Under the pieces are notes generated by a model. That model was not told the DNA's origin. It ran no database searches and was given only the letters and a program-made list of their open reading frames with translations. Both the position numbers and the translations under genes were made by a program. Shown one piece after another: positions 10,449-21,781 of a stretch of 64,000 nt of DNA (positions are counted from its first letter, which is position 1; every line of letters begins with the position of its first letter). The DNA comes from Gammaproteobacteria bacterium (GTDB taxonomy: Bacteria; Pseudomonadota; Gammaproteobacteria; CAJXQU01): contig CBDEGZ010000003.1 of NCBI GenBank assembly GCA_965238175.1, positions 2,688,001 to 2,752,000 on the forward strand, in the 5' to 3' direction.

Positions 10449-11693
10449 ATGGAAATGAATAATTTTACCACGTTGTTTATTGTAGCGATCATCATCAATG
10501 TTGGCATACATTTCTGGTTATCGCGACGGCATATCAGCCATATCTTATCTCATCGAGCACAAGTTCCGAATGCTTTTTCTGATGCTATTCCATTAGACTC
10601 ACATCAGAAAGCGGCCGATTATACTGTTGCAGGGCAACGTTTTGGTTTGTTTGAATTATTCCTGGGCACCCTCTTTTTATTCGCCTGGACAATAGGTGGC
10701 GGTTTTGATCTGCTTGATCAATTCTGGCGAGGCTATCAATGGTCATCCATTACTACAGGTGTCGCTGTACTCCTTTCCTCATTTGCAATCATGGCGATTC
10801 TGGATATCCCATCTTCCTTGTATCGTACCTTTAGTATTGAAGAACGTTTCGGTTTTAATAGAACCACAATGAAGATCTTTTTTTCTGACATGATCAAACA
10901 AACATTTCTAATGTTACTGATCGGTATTCCAATGATATGGATGGTTCTTTGGCTGATGGAAAATGCCGGTGAAAAATGGTGGCTCTATGTTTGGATTGTA
11001 TGGATGAGCTTTAGCCTGTTAATGATGTGGGCATTTCCAACGTTTATTGCACCGTTGTTTAATAAATTTGAACCACTGGCCGATGAAAATTTGCGATCAA
11101 GAATAGAAGCTTTGTTGGAACGTAATGGTTTCTCAAGTCAGGGGATATTTGTTGTTGATGGCTCAAAACGTTCTTCCCATGGTAACGCCTATTTCACCGG
11201 TTTTGGTGCAAATAAACGCATCGTTTTTTATGACACCCTGATCGATGATCTTGAAGTCGACGAGATCGAAGCAGTTCTAGCTCATGAACTTGGTCACTTT
11301 AAGCGTAAACACATTATTAAGCAGGTGGCCTTCATGTCAGTGATCAGTCTTACAGGACTTGCTCTTTTGGGGTGGTTGATCAAACAAGACTGGTTTTATA
11401 CTGGGTTGGGTATTTCCCAACCCTCTATCTACATGGCTTTAATTTTGTTTATGATGGTCGCACCGATTTTCAGCTTTTTTCTTGGCCCTTTGATGGCAAA
11501 ACTCTCAAGAAAATTTGAATTTGAAGCAGACGAATATGCATCTAAAAATGCTGACGCAACTAAATTGATCAGTGCATTAGTTAAACTCTATAAGGAGAAT
11601 GCAAACACCTTAACACCAGACCCTTTATATTCAGCCTTCCACGATTCTCATCCTCCAGCGTCGGTTAGAATTGCCCATTTAGAATCGCTTTAG
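10449..11693 (+). CDS. M48 family Zn metallopeptidase (Ste24/CAAX protease-like)
   Basis: Multiple TM segments, NAYFTG, LAHELGH, EFEAD, SHPP; divergent from orn as is common. Confidence 0.93.
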   Translation: MEMNNFTTLFIVAIIINVGIHFWLSRRHISHILSHRAQVPNAFSDAIPLDSHQKAADYTVAGQRFGLFELFLGTLFLFAWTIGGGFDLLDQFWRGYQWSSITTGVAVLLSSFAIMAILDIPSSLYRTFSIEERFGFNRTTMKIFFSDMIKQTFLMLLIGIPMIWMVLWLMENAGEKWWLYVWIVWMSFSLLMMWAFPTFIAPLFNKFEPLADENLRSRIEALLERNGFSSQGIFVVDGSKRSSHGNAYFTGFGANKRIVFYDTLIDDLEVDEIEAVLAHELGHFKRKHIIKQVAFMSVISLTGLALLGWLIKQDWFYTGLGISQPSIYMALILFMMVAPIFSFFLGPLMAKLSRKFEFEADEYASKNADATKLISALVKLYKENANTLTPDPLYSAFHDSHPPASVRIAHLESL

Positions 11694-11776
11694 TAATACG
11701 ATTCAGATAGTGGAAGCTTTTTAAATAAAGATAGTAAAGGTAGTAAAGGTATTTGTCAGAAAGGACTTAAAAAATA

Positions 11777-11847
11777 GGGCACTTTAATAGACAAGGAAGG
11801 GAGGTGCACCAAAGCAATAGCTCAGTGCCTTGTCTACTAAAGACCCC
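11777..11847. repeat. Short MITE-like inverted-repeat element
   Basis: GGGCACTTTAATAGACAAGG ... CCTTGTCTACTAAAGACCCC imperfect ~20 bp terminal inverted repeats, TA on the left side. Confidence 0.5.
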
Positions 11848-12036
11848 AGTTATAACACCCATTCAGTATACAACATTAGAAATATACTTAAGAACGCTAT
11901 TCGTTGCCTTTGTTTGTTTTCCAAAAAACAAATTCGTTGAAAAACACATTTATTACAAGATGTTATACTTCTTTCGATGAAACATTGTAAATAAGATCAG
12001 GCACAGTAAAATTTAACAAAACCACAGCTCATTTAG

Positions 12037-12056
12037 TATCCCCCATTTGGGGGGTA
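12037..12056. promoter_or_regulatory. Palindromic candidate binding site for a NarL/LuxR-family response regulator
   Basis: TATCCCCCA-TT-TGGGGGGTA dyad just upstream of the hybrid kinase. Confidence 0.45.
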
Positions 12057-12073
12057 TTTATGTTAATCAGAAG

Positions 12074-13828
12074 ATGAATAACCTTTCACAAGAAAACCAA
12101 AATAACCTTATATCCACTGAGGCACTACGTTTTTATTACAGTAATATTATTGATGTCAGTTACTTACAAATGGTTTTCCCTTTTGTTGTTGTCTGGACGT
12201 TCTTTAATACTGTCAACAATATAATACTTACTCTCTGGCTGATCCTTACAATCTCTGTTTTTATAATCAAGATAATGCTCGCTAAAAATTATCTGAAAAC
12301 ATCTCCTCCTGCAGATCAAATTCAACGGTGGGGTAAATACCTGACGATAACCACTTTATTTTCCGGGATTTTATGGGGAATTGCCGGATTTTATTTCCAT
12401 GATCCAGATCAAATTTTTCATGGCCTAATCCTTTATATGATCATTCTGGGTATTTCGGCAAGCTCATTAACTCATACAGCCTATTGGCTTCCGGCATTCT
12501 ATACATACACTATTCCCGCTATTTCTGGAGTAATGTTAGGTCTTGTTTTTCACTTTCCTATAGAAGGTTATATTCCAGCTTTACTCCTCCTTATTTTTCT
12601 CTTAATTCTTTTAAAAATGGCTACCAGCAGCAGGAAAGTGGCTTACGATGCCATTAGACTTAGCTTGGTTAATACTGAGTTAATCAAAAATCTAGAACAA
12701 GAAAAGAAAAAGGCTGAAACCGCAAGTAATGCAAAAACTCAATTTCTTGCATCAGCAAATCATGATCTACGACAGCCTGTTCATGCGCTATCTTTACTCG
12801 TTCACGGCTTACAAAAAGAATTAAAATCCGTACAAGGAAAGTTATTATTCTTTCGCTTAGAACAAAGTGTCAAAAACCTTGGAAACCTACTGGAATCTTT
12901 ACTCGATCTCTCTCGTCTTGATGCCTCTGCAGTTAAGGTCACTCCAACACACTTTCCTGTGTCATCCATTACATCCCAAATACTGATGGATTTTTTACCT
13001 AATGCAAGTAGTAAAGGGCTCAAGTTCAGCGTTCGACATTGTAATGAGGTACTTTTCACCGATAGAACGCTGCTCGAGCGCCTGTTGAGAAATTTACTCG
13101 ACAATGCTTTTCGCTATACCCATAACGGTGGTGTTGTTCTTGGGTTCCGAAAACGTAACAACGACCTTGTCTTTGAAATCTGGGATACTGGGATAGGTAT
13201 TTCTAATAGCGAAAGTGACAAAATCTTTAACGAGTTTTTTCAAGTAAGGAATAGCGAACGAGATCGCTCGAAAGGATTAGGTCTCGGATTATCAATTTGT
13301 CAAAGGATTGCCATCTTATTAGGCACCGAGATCCAATGCCGCTCAATACCTGAGAAGGGTTCCGTTTTTCATTTTAAACTTCCTGTTTCCGCAATGAGTA
13401 AGCCTTCGAAAGAAACGATAATTCATAATGTTAAAGAAAACATGAACATGATTGCACTTAAAGGAAAAGTCATACTGGTAGTGGATGATGATCTGGAAGT
13501 TATTCGGGCAATGTCTCAATTAATTAAAAATTGGGAAATGATTCCACTCACTGCACGTGAGAGTGACGAGGCCTTGGATATATTGCAACAGAGGCAACTT
13601 TTACCTGATTTGTTGATTTGTGATCATCGCTTAAATAGTGGTGAAACGGGACTTGAGGGAGTTAAAAAAATTCAAAAAAAATATCTCATTCCGGCACTAA
13701 TGATCACTGGTGACACTGCACCAGAGAATCTTTATGCACTCAACGATTCAGGTTTACCCATTGTCCATAAACCTGTTACACCCGAGATCCTTTATGAGAA
13801 TATTAGTAGCTTATTGGATCAAAAATAA
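12074..13828 (+). CDS. Membrane hybrid sensor histidine kinase (HisKA, HATPase, receiver); start probably ATG 12074
   Basis: 5-6 TM segments, FLASANHDLRQP H-box, DTGIGI, GLGLGLSI, C-terminal LVVDDD receiver. Confidence 0.93.
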   Translation: MNNLSQENQNNLISTEALRFYYSNIIDVSYLQMVFPFVVVWTFFNTVNNIILTLWLILTISVFIIKIMLAKNYLKTSPPADQIQRWGKYLTITTLFSGILWGIAGFYFHDPDQIFHGLILYMIILGISASSLTHTAYWLPAFYTYTIPAISGVMLGLVFHFPIEGYIPALLLLIFLLILLKMATSSRKVAYDAIRLSLVNTELIKNLEQEKKKAETASNAKTQFLASANHDLRQPVHALSLLVHGLQKELKSVQGKLLFFRLEQSVKNLGNLLESLLDLSRLDASAVKVTPTHFPVSSITSQILMDFLPNASSKGLKFSVRHCNEVLFTDRTLLERLLRNLLDNAFRYTHNGGVVLGFRKRNNDLVFEIWDTGIGISNSESDKIFNEFFQVRNSERDRSKGLGLGLSICQRIAILLGTEIQCRSIPEKGSVFHFKLPVSAMSKPSKETIIHNVKENMNMIALKGKVILVVDDDLEVIRAMSQLIKNWEMIPLTARESDEALDILQQRQLLPDLLICDHRLNSGETGLEGVKKIQKKYLIPALMITGDTAPENLYALNDSGLPIVHKPVTPEILYENISSLLDQK

Positions 13829-14443
13829 TCCAAGCTGACGCGCGGTCTTCACACAACCACTTCTAGTCTTCGCGCCTAATACATTGTAAAGCGCCTTAAC
13901 ATGTGTTTTAACGGTACTTTCAGAAATACTCAATTTCTCCGCGATTTGCTTGTTTTGCAACCCTTCATCAAGGAGCTTAAGAACTTCGAGTTGTCTAGAA
14001 GTGATCCCAAGATGCTTAGCTAAATTGGCAATTTTTTCGTCCATCGCCAAGGTCTCTGTCACCGATCCTGCTGGCCATGACTCTTCGCCGAGTAGTAGTT
14101 TATCGATGGCATCGAGTAGTAGTACCGGACTTTTAGATTTGTGATAAAAACCTTTTGCCCCCATTGATTTTGCCATTCTAATCGTATCAGATACATTGTC
14201 TTTGCCTGTGATAATAAGTACAGGTGGGAAGTAGTCATAGTTCTGAAAAAATTGTAGCAAAGACTGCCCATCGCTATCAGGTAAACCCATGTCCAACAAA
14301 ATGAGATCGTAACGACTTTCACTTTTGATCAGTTCTAGTGCTTCATTACAACTTGTTGCCGTTGATAAATCCACTGTTCTTTCGAGTAGTAATTGTAAGC
14401 TCTCAGAAACGTAAAGATGATCCTCTACCAGCAATAATTTCAT
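13811..14443 (-). CDS. NarL/LuxR-family response regulator
   Basis: LLVEDH, LLDMGLPDSDG, C-terminal ITSRQLEVL...NKQIAEKLSISESTVKTHV HTH; convergent with the kinase. Confidence 0.93.
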   Translation of the reverse strand: MKLLLVEDHLYVSESLQLLLERTVDLSTATSCNEALELIKSESRYDLILLDMGLPDSDGQSLLQFFQNYDYFPPVLIITGKDNVSDTIRMAKSMGAKGFYHKSKSPVLLLDAIDKLLLGEESWPAGSVTETLAMDEKIANLAKHLGITSRQLEVLKLLDEGLQNKQIAEKLSISESTVKTHVKALYNVLGAKTRSGCVKTARQLGLFLIQ

Positions 14444-14521
14444 AACAACATCCTCTGTATTTTTATAATTATAAGGTATGTTCGAATTTAGCGTAAAATC
14501 TTACGTCAGATATAAACTCAA

Positions 14522-15118
14522 TCAAATTTCCTGTCTTGATGTCAACGCATGAGATAGGGTTCCACCATCGATCAGATCTAGTTCACCGCCAAGCGGGACG
14601 CCATGAGCAATGCGTGTCACTTTGGCCTCTGAGGACACGAATATCTGACTTATATAGTGCGCCGTTGCTTCACCTTCTAAAGTTGTACCGGTTGCCAGTA
14701 TGACTTCTTTAACATGGTCTTGTTCAACAATTAATTTCAACTTGTCCAAACCAATCTCGTCTGGGCCAATTCCATCAAGCGGTGATAAATTGCCCATCAA
14801 AACAAAGTAGCGTCCAAAAAAACTACTTGTTTGTTCAATAGCGACAACATTAGCCGGACTCTCCACAACACATAATGATGACGAATCACGTTTTGGACTG
14901 GAGCAAATCTCGCAAATCTGTGTCTCACTAAAATTACGGCATCGCTCGCAATGTTGAACTCCATCCATGGCATTATTCAAAGCCTCAGCAAGTTGCCTGG
15001 CTCCGAGACGATTTCGTTCAAGCAATTCAAACGCAATACGTTGCGCGGATTTTGGCCCAACTCCAGATTGACAGCGTAATGCTTCGATTAAATGATCAAT
15101 AAGAGGCGTATATTTCAA
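14522..15118 (-). CDS. recR: Recombination mediator RecR
   Basis: [10 protein letters not shown]4 zinc finger, [18 protein letters not shown]. Confidence 0.97.
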   Translation of the reverse strand: MKYTPLIDHLIEALRCQSGVGPKSAQRIAFELLERNRLGARQLAEALNNAMDGVQHCERCRNFSETQICEICSSPKRDSSSLCVVESPANVVAIEQTSSFFGRYFVLMGNLSPLDGIGPDEIGLDKLKLIVEQDHVKEVILATGTTLEGEATAHYISQIFVSSEAKVTRIAHGVPLGGELDLIDGGTLSHALTSRQEI

Positions 15119-15122
15119 TGGT

Positions 15123-15446
15123 TCAAAATGGCATCTTTAAACCGGCTGGAAGATCAATTCCAGACGCCATACCGCCCATCTTTTCCTGTGAAACCGTTTC
15201 AACCCGACGATTAGCATCATTAATGGCTGCGGCAATCAAATCCTCCAGCATTTCTTTATCTTCATTCATTAACGTCGGATCAATTGTCACTCGTTTTACA
15301 TCGTGTTTTCCTGTCATAACAACCTTAACCATACCTGCACCAGACTCGCCATTGACTTCCATATTTGCGATTTCTTCTTGCGCCTTTTTAAGATTCTCCT
15401 GCATCTTCTGAGCCTGCTTCATTAAATTTCCCATTCCACCTTTCAT
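15123..15446 (-). CDS. ybaB: YbaB/EbfC nucleoid-associated protein (start ATG 15446)
   Basis: [16 protein letters not shown]...[10 protein letters not shown]...[14 protein letters not shown]; dnaX-ybaB-recR order. Confidence 0.95.
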   Translation of the reverse strand: MKGGMGNLMKQAQKMQENLKKAQEEIANMEVNGESGAGMVKVVMTGKHDVKRVTIDPTLMNEDKEMLEDLIAAAINDANRRVETVSQEKMGGMASGIDLPAGLKMPF

Positions 15447-15447
15447 A

Positions 15448-17073
15448 TCACTTTTCTCCATCTGCTGGACGAATACTGTCCTCAATAATGGTTGCATCAA
15501 ATGCATCACATAATGCCTGAATATCAGGATCTGATTTTATCACCTGTTTGGCCTGCTCCAATCGTTGACCATCTTCCCTCACCTGAATTGCCCTGGGGGT
15601 TTGCTGATCTTCAAGCTTCTTTTCGGTTATAACTAATTTCAAATTATGATCAAATTTTGTTCGTAATGCCTCATGTATCTGTTGTTCCATCCTGCGAGTA
15701 CGCATTGCACCTGGTGCGACAACCAAATGAAACTCATTATTTTCAAAGCTCTCCATCGTACAATTAATTGCCAGTTGGAGTGCTAAGCCCTTTAAATTTA
15801 GTTGTTCAATTAACGTATGCCACTCATTGAATTGCTCTGTTTTTGATTCAGACGCTGATAGCGATACGAAATCGTTCTTTTGCAAAGAATCTACTTGATC
15901 GGTTTTCTGTTGAAAATCTGACTGTGCTTCAAACTTAACGCTTGTATTATCTAGCGTCTTTTTTTTTACTGGATTAGGATTCGGATCTACATCCATTTTC
16001 TGAAATGCCAACATTCTTAGCAAGATCATTTCAAAACCACTTTCAGGATCTGGATGAAACGGTAAATCACGCTGTCCGATCAGCACTATTTGGTAATATA
16101 ACTGACATTCCTCAACCGTCAATAAAGCTGCAATTTGCTCTAAACGCTCACTATCACGATGATCTCTTCTCGCTTCGGGCACCAATTGTTTGACTGCGAT
16201 AGCTTGAAGTTGAATCAATAATTCTGCCAGTACGACTTGGTAGTCAGGACTCAACTCAGCCAATTGTTCAGTTTTATTCAGCACTGCAATCGCATCTTTA
16301 GATGCCAGCAATTCGAGCAAACTCAAGACTTGATCTTTATCAATAGTACCCAACATCCCAGCGACATCATCGGCTTTTAGTTCCCCACCACCAAATGAAA
16401 TCGCTTGATCTAGCAAGCTTAAACTATCACGCAAGCTACCATCTGCAGCAAACGCAATCATTTCCAAAGAGCGATCATCAGCATTGATCTTTTCCTCTTC
16501 CAAAATATGTTTTAACTGCTGTTCAATTTGATCGGGTGTTATGCGTTTTAAATTAAACTGTAAACAACGCGAAAGGATCGTTGGAGGAATTTTTTTTGGA
16601 TCTGTCGTTGCCAACAAAAATTTAACATGCGGCGGCGGTTCTTCCAGCGTTTTCAATAAGGCATTAAAACTGCTTTTTGAGAACATGTGTACTTCATCTA
16701 TAAGATAAACCTTATAACGTCCTCGTGTTGGTGAATATTGAACATTATCCAATAGATCACGCGTATCATCGACACCAGTTCGAGAAGCTGCATCAACCTC
16801 GATCAGATCAACAAATCGACCTTCATCAATTTCCATGCAAGAACTACATTGACCACAAGGATTAGCACTTACACCATTTTCACAATTTAAACTTTTAGCA
16901 AAAATTCTCGCAATCGTTGTTTTACCAACACCACGTGTTCCGGTAAACAAGTACGCATGATGTAGGCGATCACTGTCCAACGCATTGGTTAAGGCTTGCA
17001 AGACATGTCGTTGACCGACCATATCTTCAAAACAATGCGGACGCCACTTTCGGGCCAGAACTTGATAACTCAT
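15448..17073 (-). CDS. dnaX: DNA polymerase III subunits gamma/tau
   Basis: [29 protein letters not shown] motif. Confidence 0.97.
   Translation of the reverse strand: MSYQVLARKWRPHCFEDMVGQRHVLQALTNALDSDRLHHAYLFTGTRGVGKTTIARIFAKSLNCENGVSANPCGQCSSCMEIDEGRFVDLIEVDAASRTGVDDTRDLLDNVQYSPTRGRYKVYLIDEVHMFSKSSFNALLKTLEEPPPHVKFLLATTDPKKIPPTILSRCLQFNLKRITPDQIEQQLKHILEEEKINADDRSLEMIAFAADGSLRDSLSLLDQAISFGGGELKADDVAGMLGTIDKDQVLSLLELLASKDAIAVLNKTEQLAELSPDYQVVLAELLIQLQAIAVKQLVPEARRDHRDSERLEQIAALLTVEECQLYYQIVLIGQRDLPFHPDPESGFEMILLRMLAFQKMDVDPNPNPVKKKTLDNTSVKFEAQSDFQQKTDQVDSLQKNDFVSLSASESKTEQFNEWHTLIEQLNLKGLALQLAINCTMESFENNEFHLVVAPGAMRTRRMEQQIHEALRTKFDHNLKLVITEKKLEDQQTPRAIQVREDGQRLEQAKQVIKSDPDIQALCDAFDATIIEDSIRPADGEK
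15947..15969 (-). other. Candidate programmed frameshift / transcriptional slippage site in dnaX
   Basis: Minus strand GTA AAA AAA AAG ACG CTA GAT AA: nine A then G, with a stop close behind in both shifted frames. Confidence 0.6.
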
Positions 17074-17159
17074 AGCGACATTATAATTCAGCTGCCTCTA
17101 AAATGAAGAAATTTCGAGAATAATAGATAAAGATAAATAACATAACGATTATTCAAAAA

Positions 17160-17272
17160 GGTGGCGGCCACACCCGCCACACCCCGGCACCCGCATCCGC
17201 TGTTGCCGCTGCTCCCTTCCGGGCCTGACGGGGTTCACAACTTCGCGTCGCGGAGGGACTGATGTAGCCACC
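17160..17272 (-). ncRNA. ffs: Signal recognition particle RNA (4.5S)
   Basis: Minus strand contains GTCAGGCCCGGAAGGGAGCAGC (domain IV, GGAA tetraloop) in a long hairpin; directly upstream of dnaX. Confidence 0.95.
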
Positions 17273-17349
17273 ATTGAAAGAAGCGCATTCTATCACATCA
17301 TGCAAGAGGAACTGAATGACCGTTAGCTCTTTAAATAACTAAATAAAGA

Positions 17350-18159
17350 CTAGGGTAAATATTTCCGTGGATCTACCGACTTACCATCCTTACGTATCTC
17401 AAAATGCAACTTAACTTGATTGGTTGCGCTGTTGCCCATTTCTGCAATCGGTTGACCACTGCTCACATCTGCGCCTTCTGTGACTAACAAACGACTATTG
17501 TGAGCATAGGCGCTGAGGAATGAATTATTGTGTTTGATAATGATCAAATTCCCATAGCCTACCAATCCGCTGCCACTGTAGACCACTTTCCCAGCAGCGG
17601 CAGCTTTTACAACTTGTCCCATATTGCCTTTGATATCAATGCCACTACGCGCGGAGGCGGTATTCGATGAGATCAATTTTCCCTTTGCTGGCCATACCCA
17701 GATGATTTTTTTCGGTACTTTTTTAACGATAGGCTTGGTAACCGACACTTTTGGTTTAGGATCTGTTTTAGGAACCGGTTTTGGCTTTTCTGCCTTCGTT
17801 ACTGTATGGATTGGCTTCTTAGGTGGCGGAATTAGACGCAGCTTCTTACCAACAAAAATAGTATACGGTGAGCGAATACCATTCCAATTTGCCAATGATT
17901 TATAATCAATTTGATAACGCCAGGCAATTGAATAAAGTGTATCGCCACGAACAACGGTATAATAATCTTTACGGATTTCTGGTTTAGAAACCTGGTCTTG
18001 AGATTTTTGTTTTTTCTCGACTGATTTTTTTTCTGAGGGATCTGCTTTCTGTTGCTCTCGGCTATAAACCGGAGCCTGGCCTCCACTCATGCAAGAGGTA
18101 AGACCAATGACAGAAATAACTAACAAGCATGCAAAGATCGATTTCTGATCAGTCAACAT
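17350..18159 (-). CDS. nlpD: LysM/M23 lipoprotein NlpD
   Basis: Lipobox LTSC, YTVVRGDTLYSIAW LysM, GIDI...YAHN...LHFEIR M23; follows surE-pcm. Confidence 0.92.
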   Translation of the reverse strand: MLTDQKSIFACLLVISVIGLTSCMSGGQAPVYSREQQKADPSEKKSVEKKQKSQDQVSKPEIRKDYYTVVRGDTLYSIAWRYQIDYKSLANWNGIRSPYTIFVGKKLRLIPPPKKPIHTVTKAEKPKPVPKTDPKPKVSVTKPIVKKVPKKIIWVWPAKGKLISSNTASARSGIDIKGNMGQVVKAAAAGKVVYSGSGLVGYGNLIIIKHNNSFLSAYAHNSRLLVTEGADVSSGQPIAEMGNSATNQVKLHFEIRKDGKSVDPRKYLP

Positions 18160-18189
18160 ACTTAACCTCCCTTAGATCCCCGGATCGTA

Positions 18190-18849
18190 TTACTTGCTTA
18201 CACCACTGCGCATCGGCACAAAACTGACTGCATCCAATTTTTCTTCACTATAATTCGTTTCATCTTCTCGAGTAATTAACGAAAGTGTTTGAGAACTTTC
18301 ATTACCTATCGGAATAATCAAACGCCCACCGACTTTTAATTGTTGTAATAATTGAGGTGGAACAACGATGGGTGCAGCTGCGACAAGAATAGCATCATAA
18401 GGACTATTTTCAGCCCATCCTTCCATTCCATCACCATGTTTAACAAGAATATTAGGGTAACGTAATTGTTGGATCCGTTCCCTTAACTTAATAGCTAAAA
18501 AAGCAATTCTTTCGACCGCAAATACCTTGCTGGCACACTGTGAAAGAACAGCACTTTGATAACCACAACCTGCACCAATTTCCAGCACCTTTTCATGTGA
18601 TCCTTGCAGCAATAACTCTGTCATTCTAGCCACAATATAAGGCTGTGAAATAGTTTGTCCGTGGCCAATGGGTAAAGCGGTATTCTCATAAGCACGAGAC
18701 GCTAAACCCTCATCGATAAACAAGTGTCTGGGAATTGTCTCAATGTATTTTAGTACAACTGAATTAGAAATACCCATGTCTGAAAGTTGCTTTGATAAAC
18801 GAACACGCGTTCGTTCAGATGTCAGCCCTATGCCACGATGATCATTCAT
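18190..18849 (-). CDS. pcm: Protein-L-isoaspartate O-methyltransferase
   Basis: [29 protein letters not shown]. Confidence 0.96.
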   Translation of the reverse strand: MNDHRGIGLTSERTRVRLSKQLSDMGISNSVVLKYIETIPRHLFIDEGLASRAYENTALPIGHGQTISQPYIVARMTELLLQGSHEKVLEIGAGCGYQSAVLSQCASKVFAVERIAFLAIKLRERIQQLRYPNILVKHGDGMEGWAENSPYDAILVAAAPIVVPPQLLQQLKVGGRLIIPIGNESSQTLSLITREDETNYSEEKLDAVSFVPMRSGVSK

Positions 18850-19610
18850 CTTTTATCTATATTCTCCAGCCACTGAGAAACCATCTCTAGCGAACTATGT
18901 TGAGTCAAATCAATTTGTAGTGGCGTAATCGACACGTATCCTTGTCTAATGGCCTGGAAATCCGTCCCTGAACCGGCATCCTGTTCTCCACCTGGTGGCC
19001 CAATCCAGTAGATATCCTGGCCGCGAGGGTTCTTATCTTTGATTACTGGTTCTGACTTATGTCGTTGTCCTAATCGTGTTACTTGCAAGCCTTTTATTTG
19101 ATCCAATGGCAGATCCGGTACATTTATATTCAAAATCGTATCTGCAGGTAAAGGATTTTTGTCCAGCTTATAGATCAAATTTTTGATTATCGATGCCGCA
19201 GTTTCATAATAAACTGGATCTTCGCCAGTATCACTCGCTAAGGAGATTGCCAGTGCTGGAAGTCCCATAAATCGACCTTCCATCGCTGCCGCTACCGTAC
19301 CTGAGTAAATAACATCATCACCAAGGTTGGCGCCAGAATTGATCCCTGAAACCACCATGTCAGGCATCTTATCAAGCAATCCTGTAATCGCAATATGCAC
19401 ACAGTCAGTTGGTGTTCCGTTTATAAAGTACTGATTTTCAGAAAATTTCTGAACTTGCAACGGGTTGTCCAATGTCAGTGAATTACTCGCTCCACTACGA
19501 TTTCGATCAGGGGCAACTACTGCCACCTCTCCTATTGATGAAAGTGTCTCTGTCAGGGTTTTGATCCCTGTTGCACGATAACCATCATCATTACTGATCA
19601 AAAAATACAT
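18846..19610 (-). CDS. surE: 5'/3'-nucleotidase SurE
   Basis: [30 protein letters not shown]. Confidence 0.97.
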   Translation of the reverse strand: MYFLISNDDGYRATGIKTLTETLSSIGEVAVVAPDRNRSGASNSLTLDNPLQVQKFSENQYFINGTPTDCVHIAITGLLDKMPDMVVSGINSGANLGDDVIYSGTVAAAMEGRFMGLPALAISLASDTGEDPVYYETAASIIKNLIYKLDKNPLPADTILNINVPDLPLDQIKGLQVTRLGQRHKSEPVIKDKNPRGQDIYWIGPPGGEQDAGSGTDFQAIRQGYVSITPLQIDLTQHSSLEMVSQWLENIDKR

Positions 19611-19611
19611 A

Positions 19612-20514
19612 TTAGCCCATCAGAAATTCAAGTAGAGCTTTTTGTGCATGTAGGCGATTTCCGGCCTCATCCCAGACCACGCTTTGTTCGCTGTCTAAAA
19701 CGTCAGCAGTCACTTCTTCACCGCGATGAGCCGGTAGACAATGCATAAATAATACATCAGGATTGGCCAGCGACATCAGATCAGCATTAACCTGAAAGGG
19801 TTCAAATGTATGTGCACGCTCTTCGGCTTCTTCTTCCTGACCCATGCTAGCCCAAACATCTGTGACGATTAGATCAGAGTTTTCTGATGCTTCTTTTGCT
19901 GAAGTAAAAACCTTAATTCGATCACCTGCTTTCTTAACAATATCTTCATCAGGTTGATAACCTTCGGGGCTGGCAATATTTAATTGAAAGTTTAATAACA
20001 TTGCTGCATTAACGTATGAGTGACACATATTATTTCCGTCGCCAATATAGGTCACCGTTTTTCCTTCAATGGATCCTCTATGCTCCTGATAGGTTTGCAT
20101 ATCGGCCAACAATTGACAGGGATGATAGGTATCTGTCAGGCCATTAATCACCGGAATTGAAGAGAACTCCGCAAAACGTTCGACATTTGTATGCTCAAAT
20201 GTTCTCACCATGATCCCATCAACCATGCCGGAAAGAACACGAGCAGTATCACTGATTTCTTCGCCACGCCCTACTTGTGAATGTTGAGGCGATAAAAAAA
20301 TCGCACTTCCCCCGAATTGAATCATGCCCGTTTCAAATGAAACACGGGTACGCGTTGATGATTTTTCAAAGATCATACCGAGTACTTTGTTCTTTAACGG
20401 CTCGAAAATTCGTCCTTCTTTTTGCCAGGTTTTAAGCTCGCTTGCACGATTCAACAATTGTCGAAACTCATCACTGCTCAAATCATGTAAGGTCAGAAAA
20501 TGTCTGCTTGTCAT
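19612..20514 (-). CDS. argF: Ornithine carbamoyltransferase
   Basis: [25 protein letters not shown]. Confidence 0.97.
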   Translation of the reverse strand: MTSRHFLTLHDLSSDEFRQLLNRASELKTWQKEGRIFEPLKNKVLGMIFEKSSTRTRVSFETGMIQFGGSAIFLSPQHSQVGRGEEISDTARVLSGMVDGIMVRTFEHTNVERFAEFSSIPVINGLTDTYHPCQLLADMQTYQEHRGSIEGKTVTYIGDGNNMCHSYVNAAMLLNFQLNIASPEGYQPDEDIVKKAGDRIKVFTSAKEASENSDLIVTDVWASMGQEEEAEERAHTFEPFQVNADLMSLANPDVLFMHCLPAHRGEEVTADVLDSEQSVVWDEAGNRLHAQKALLEFLMG

Positions 20515-20527
20515 AACGTTAAAATCA

Positions 20528-21706
20528 TCATGTTTGTAAAAAGGAGCTAATTAATGGTGTCAAAATATCTACAATCTGATCACATTCAACTTCGCTTATG
20601 ATCAAAGGTGGTAGTAAACGGATCGTGTTAACAGCCGTCACATTGATCAATAATTTTTGATCGAGCGACTGTTTCACTAACTCAGCACAAGGTCGATCAA
20701 GTTCAATGCCTATCATCAACCCTCTGCCACGGATATCTACAACTTCTTGAATATCGCGTAGGGACTCTTGAAATTTTGCAAGCAAATATTGGCCACGTTG
20801 TTGAGCTTGTCCAATTAAATTATTGGCTTCCAACACATCAATAACCGCTATTCCAGCACGACATGCGAGAGGATTACCACCAAAAGTAGAACCATGACTA
20901 CCAGGCGTAAATAAACTGGCAGCTTTACCTTTTGCAAGGCAAGCTCCTATTGGGACACCATTTCCAAGTGCTTTAGCTAACGTCATCACATCTGGAATAA
21001 CTTTTTCATGCTGAAATCCAAACCATTTGCCGGTTCTACCCATCCCAGTCTGGATCTCATCTAGCATCATAAGCCAATCATTCTGATCACACAGTTCTCG
21101 GATTTGGGAGAGAAAACCTTCAGCTGGTACGTTAACACCGCCTTCACCTTGAACAGGCTCACATAAAACGGCAACTATATCTTTATTTTCTTTGGCTAAC
21201 GAAGTTAATGCATCAATGTCTCCGAAAGGGATATGCACGAATCCTTGAACTAATGGTTCAAAATTCGCACGTACATTTGGATTCCCAGTGGCGCTTAACG
21301 TCGCCATGGTTCTACCATGAAAACTGCCTTCCATAACGACAATCGTTGGAACCTCTAACTTTTTATTTCGACCATGTAATCGCGCAAGCTTGATGGCAGC
21401 TTCATTTGCTTCTGCACCAGAATTACCGAAGAAAACTTTCTCCATCGACGAAAGTGCACATAGTCGATCTGCAAGTTTCTCTTGTAGATCTATTTGATAA
21501 ACATTTGAGGTGTGTAATAACGTACAAGCTTGATCAGATATTGCTGCTGCAATATCCGGATGCACATGACCAAGACCACACACAGCAATACCTGAAAGCG
21601 CATCTAGATATTGATGCCCTTGCTCATCTTCCAACCAAATACTTCTACCCTTGGTAAACCTGATAGGAAGTGGCGAATAAGATGTCATAAGATGCGATGT
21701 TGTCAT
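20528..21706 (-). CDS. argD: Acetylornithine aminotransferase
   Basis: [41 protein letters not shown]. Confidence 0.93.
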   Translation of the reverse strand: MTTSHLMTSYSPLPIRFTKGRSIWLEDEQGHQYLDALSGIAVCGLGHVHPDIAAAISDQACTLLHTSNVYQIDLQEKLADRLCALSSMEKVFFGNSGAEANEAAIKLARLHGRNKKLEVPTIVVMEGSFHGRTMATLSATGNPNVRANFEPLVQGFVHIPFGDIDALTSLAKENKDIVAVLCEPVQGEGGVNVPAEGFLSQIRELCDQNDWLMMLDEIQTGMGRTGKWFGFQHEKVIPDVMTLAKALGNGVPIGACLAKGKAASLFTPGSHGSTFGGNPLACRAGIAVIDVLEANNLIGQAQQRGQYLLAKFQESLRDIQEVVDIRGRGLMIGIELDRPCAELVKQSLDQKLLINVTAVNTIRLLPPLIISEVECDQIVDILTPLISSFLQT

Positions 21707-21719
21707 GTTGATCTTCTAG

Positions 21720-21764
21720 AAAAAGGAAATTCGCAGCACGGACATCCATGTTGCGAATTTCCTT
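21720..21764 (-). terminator. Intrinsic terminator downstream of sodB
   Basis: AAGGAAATTCGCAGCA/TGTTGCGAATTTCCTT stem with a T-run on the minus strand. Confidence 0.65.
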
Positions 21765-21781
21765 ATCATGTGTTGATTTAT

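Noticed and set aside
11730-11752. Short TAGTAAAGG direct repeat
   Set aside because: Only two copies in AT-rich DNA; not distinguishable from chance
15447-15509. Extended ybaB start overlapping dnaX
   Set aside because: The family N-terminus begins at ATG 15446, which has a GGAG SD
17160-17272. GC-rich structured RNA as a novel riboswitch for dnaX
   Set aside because: It is the known SRP RNA (ffs)
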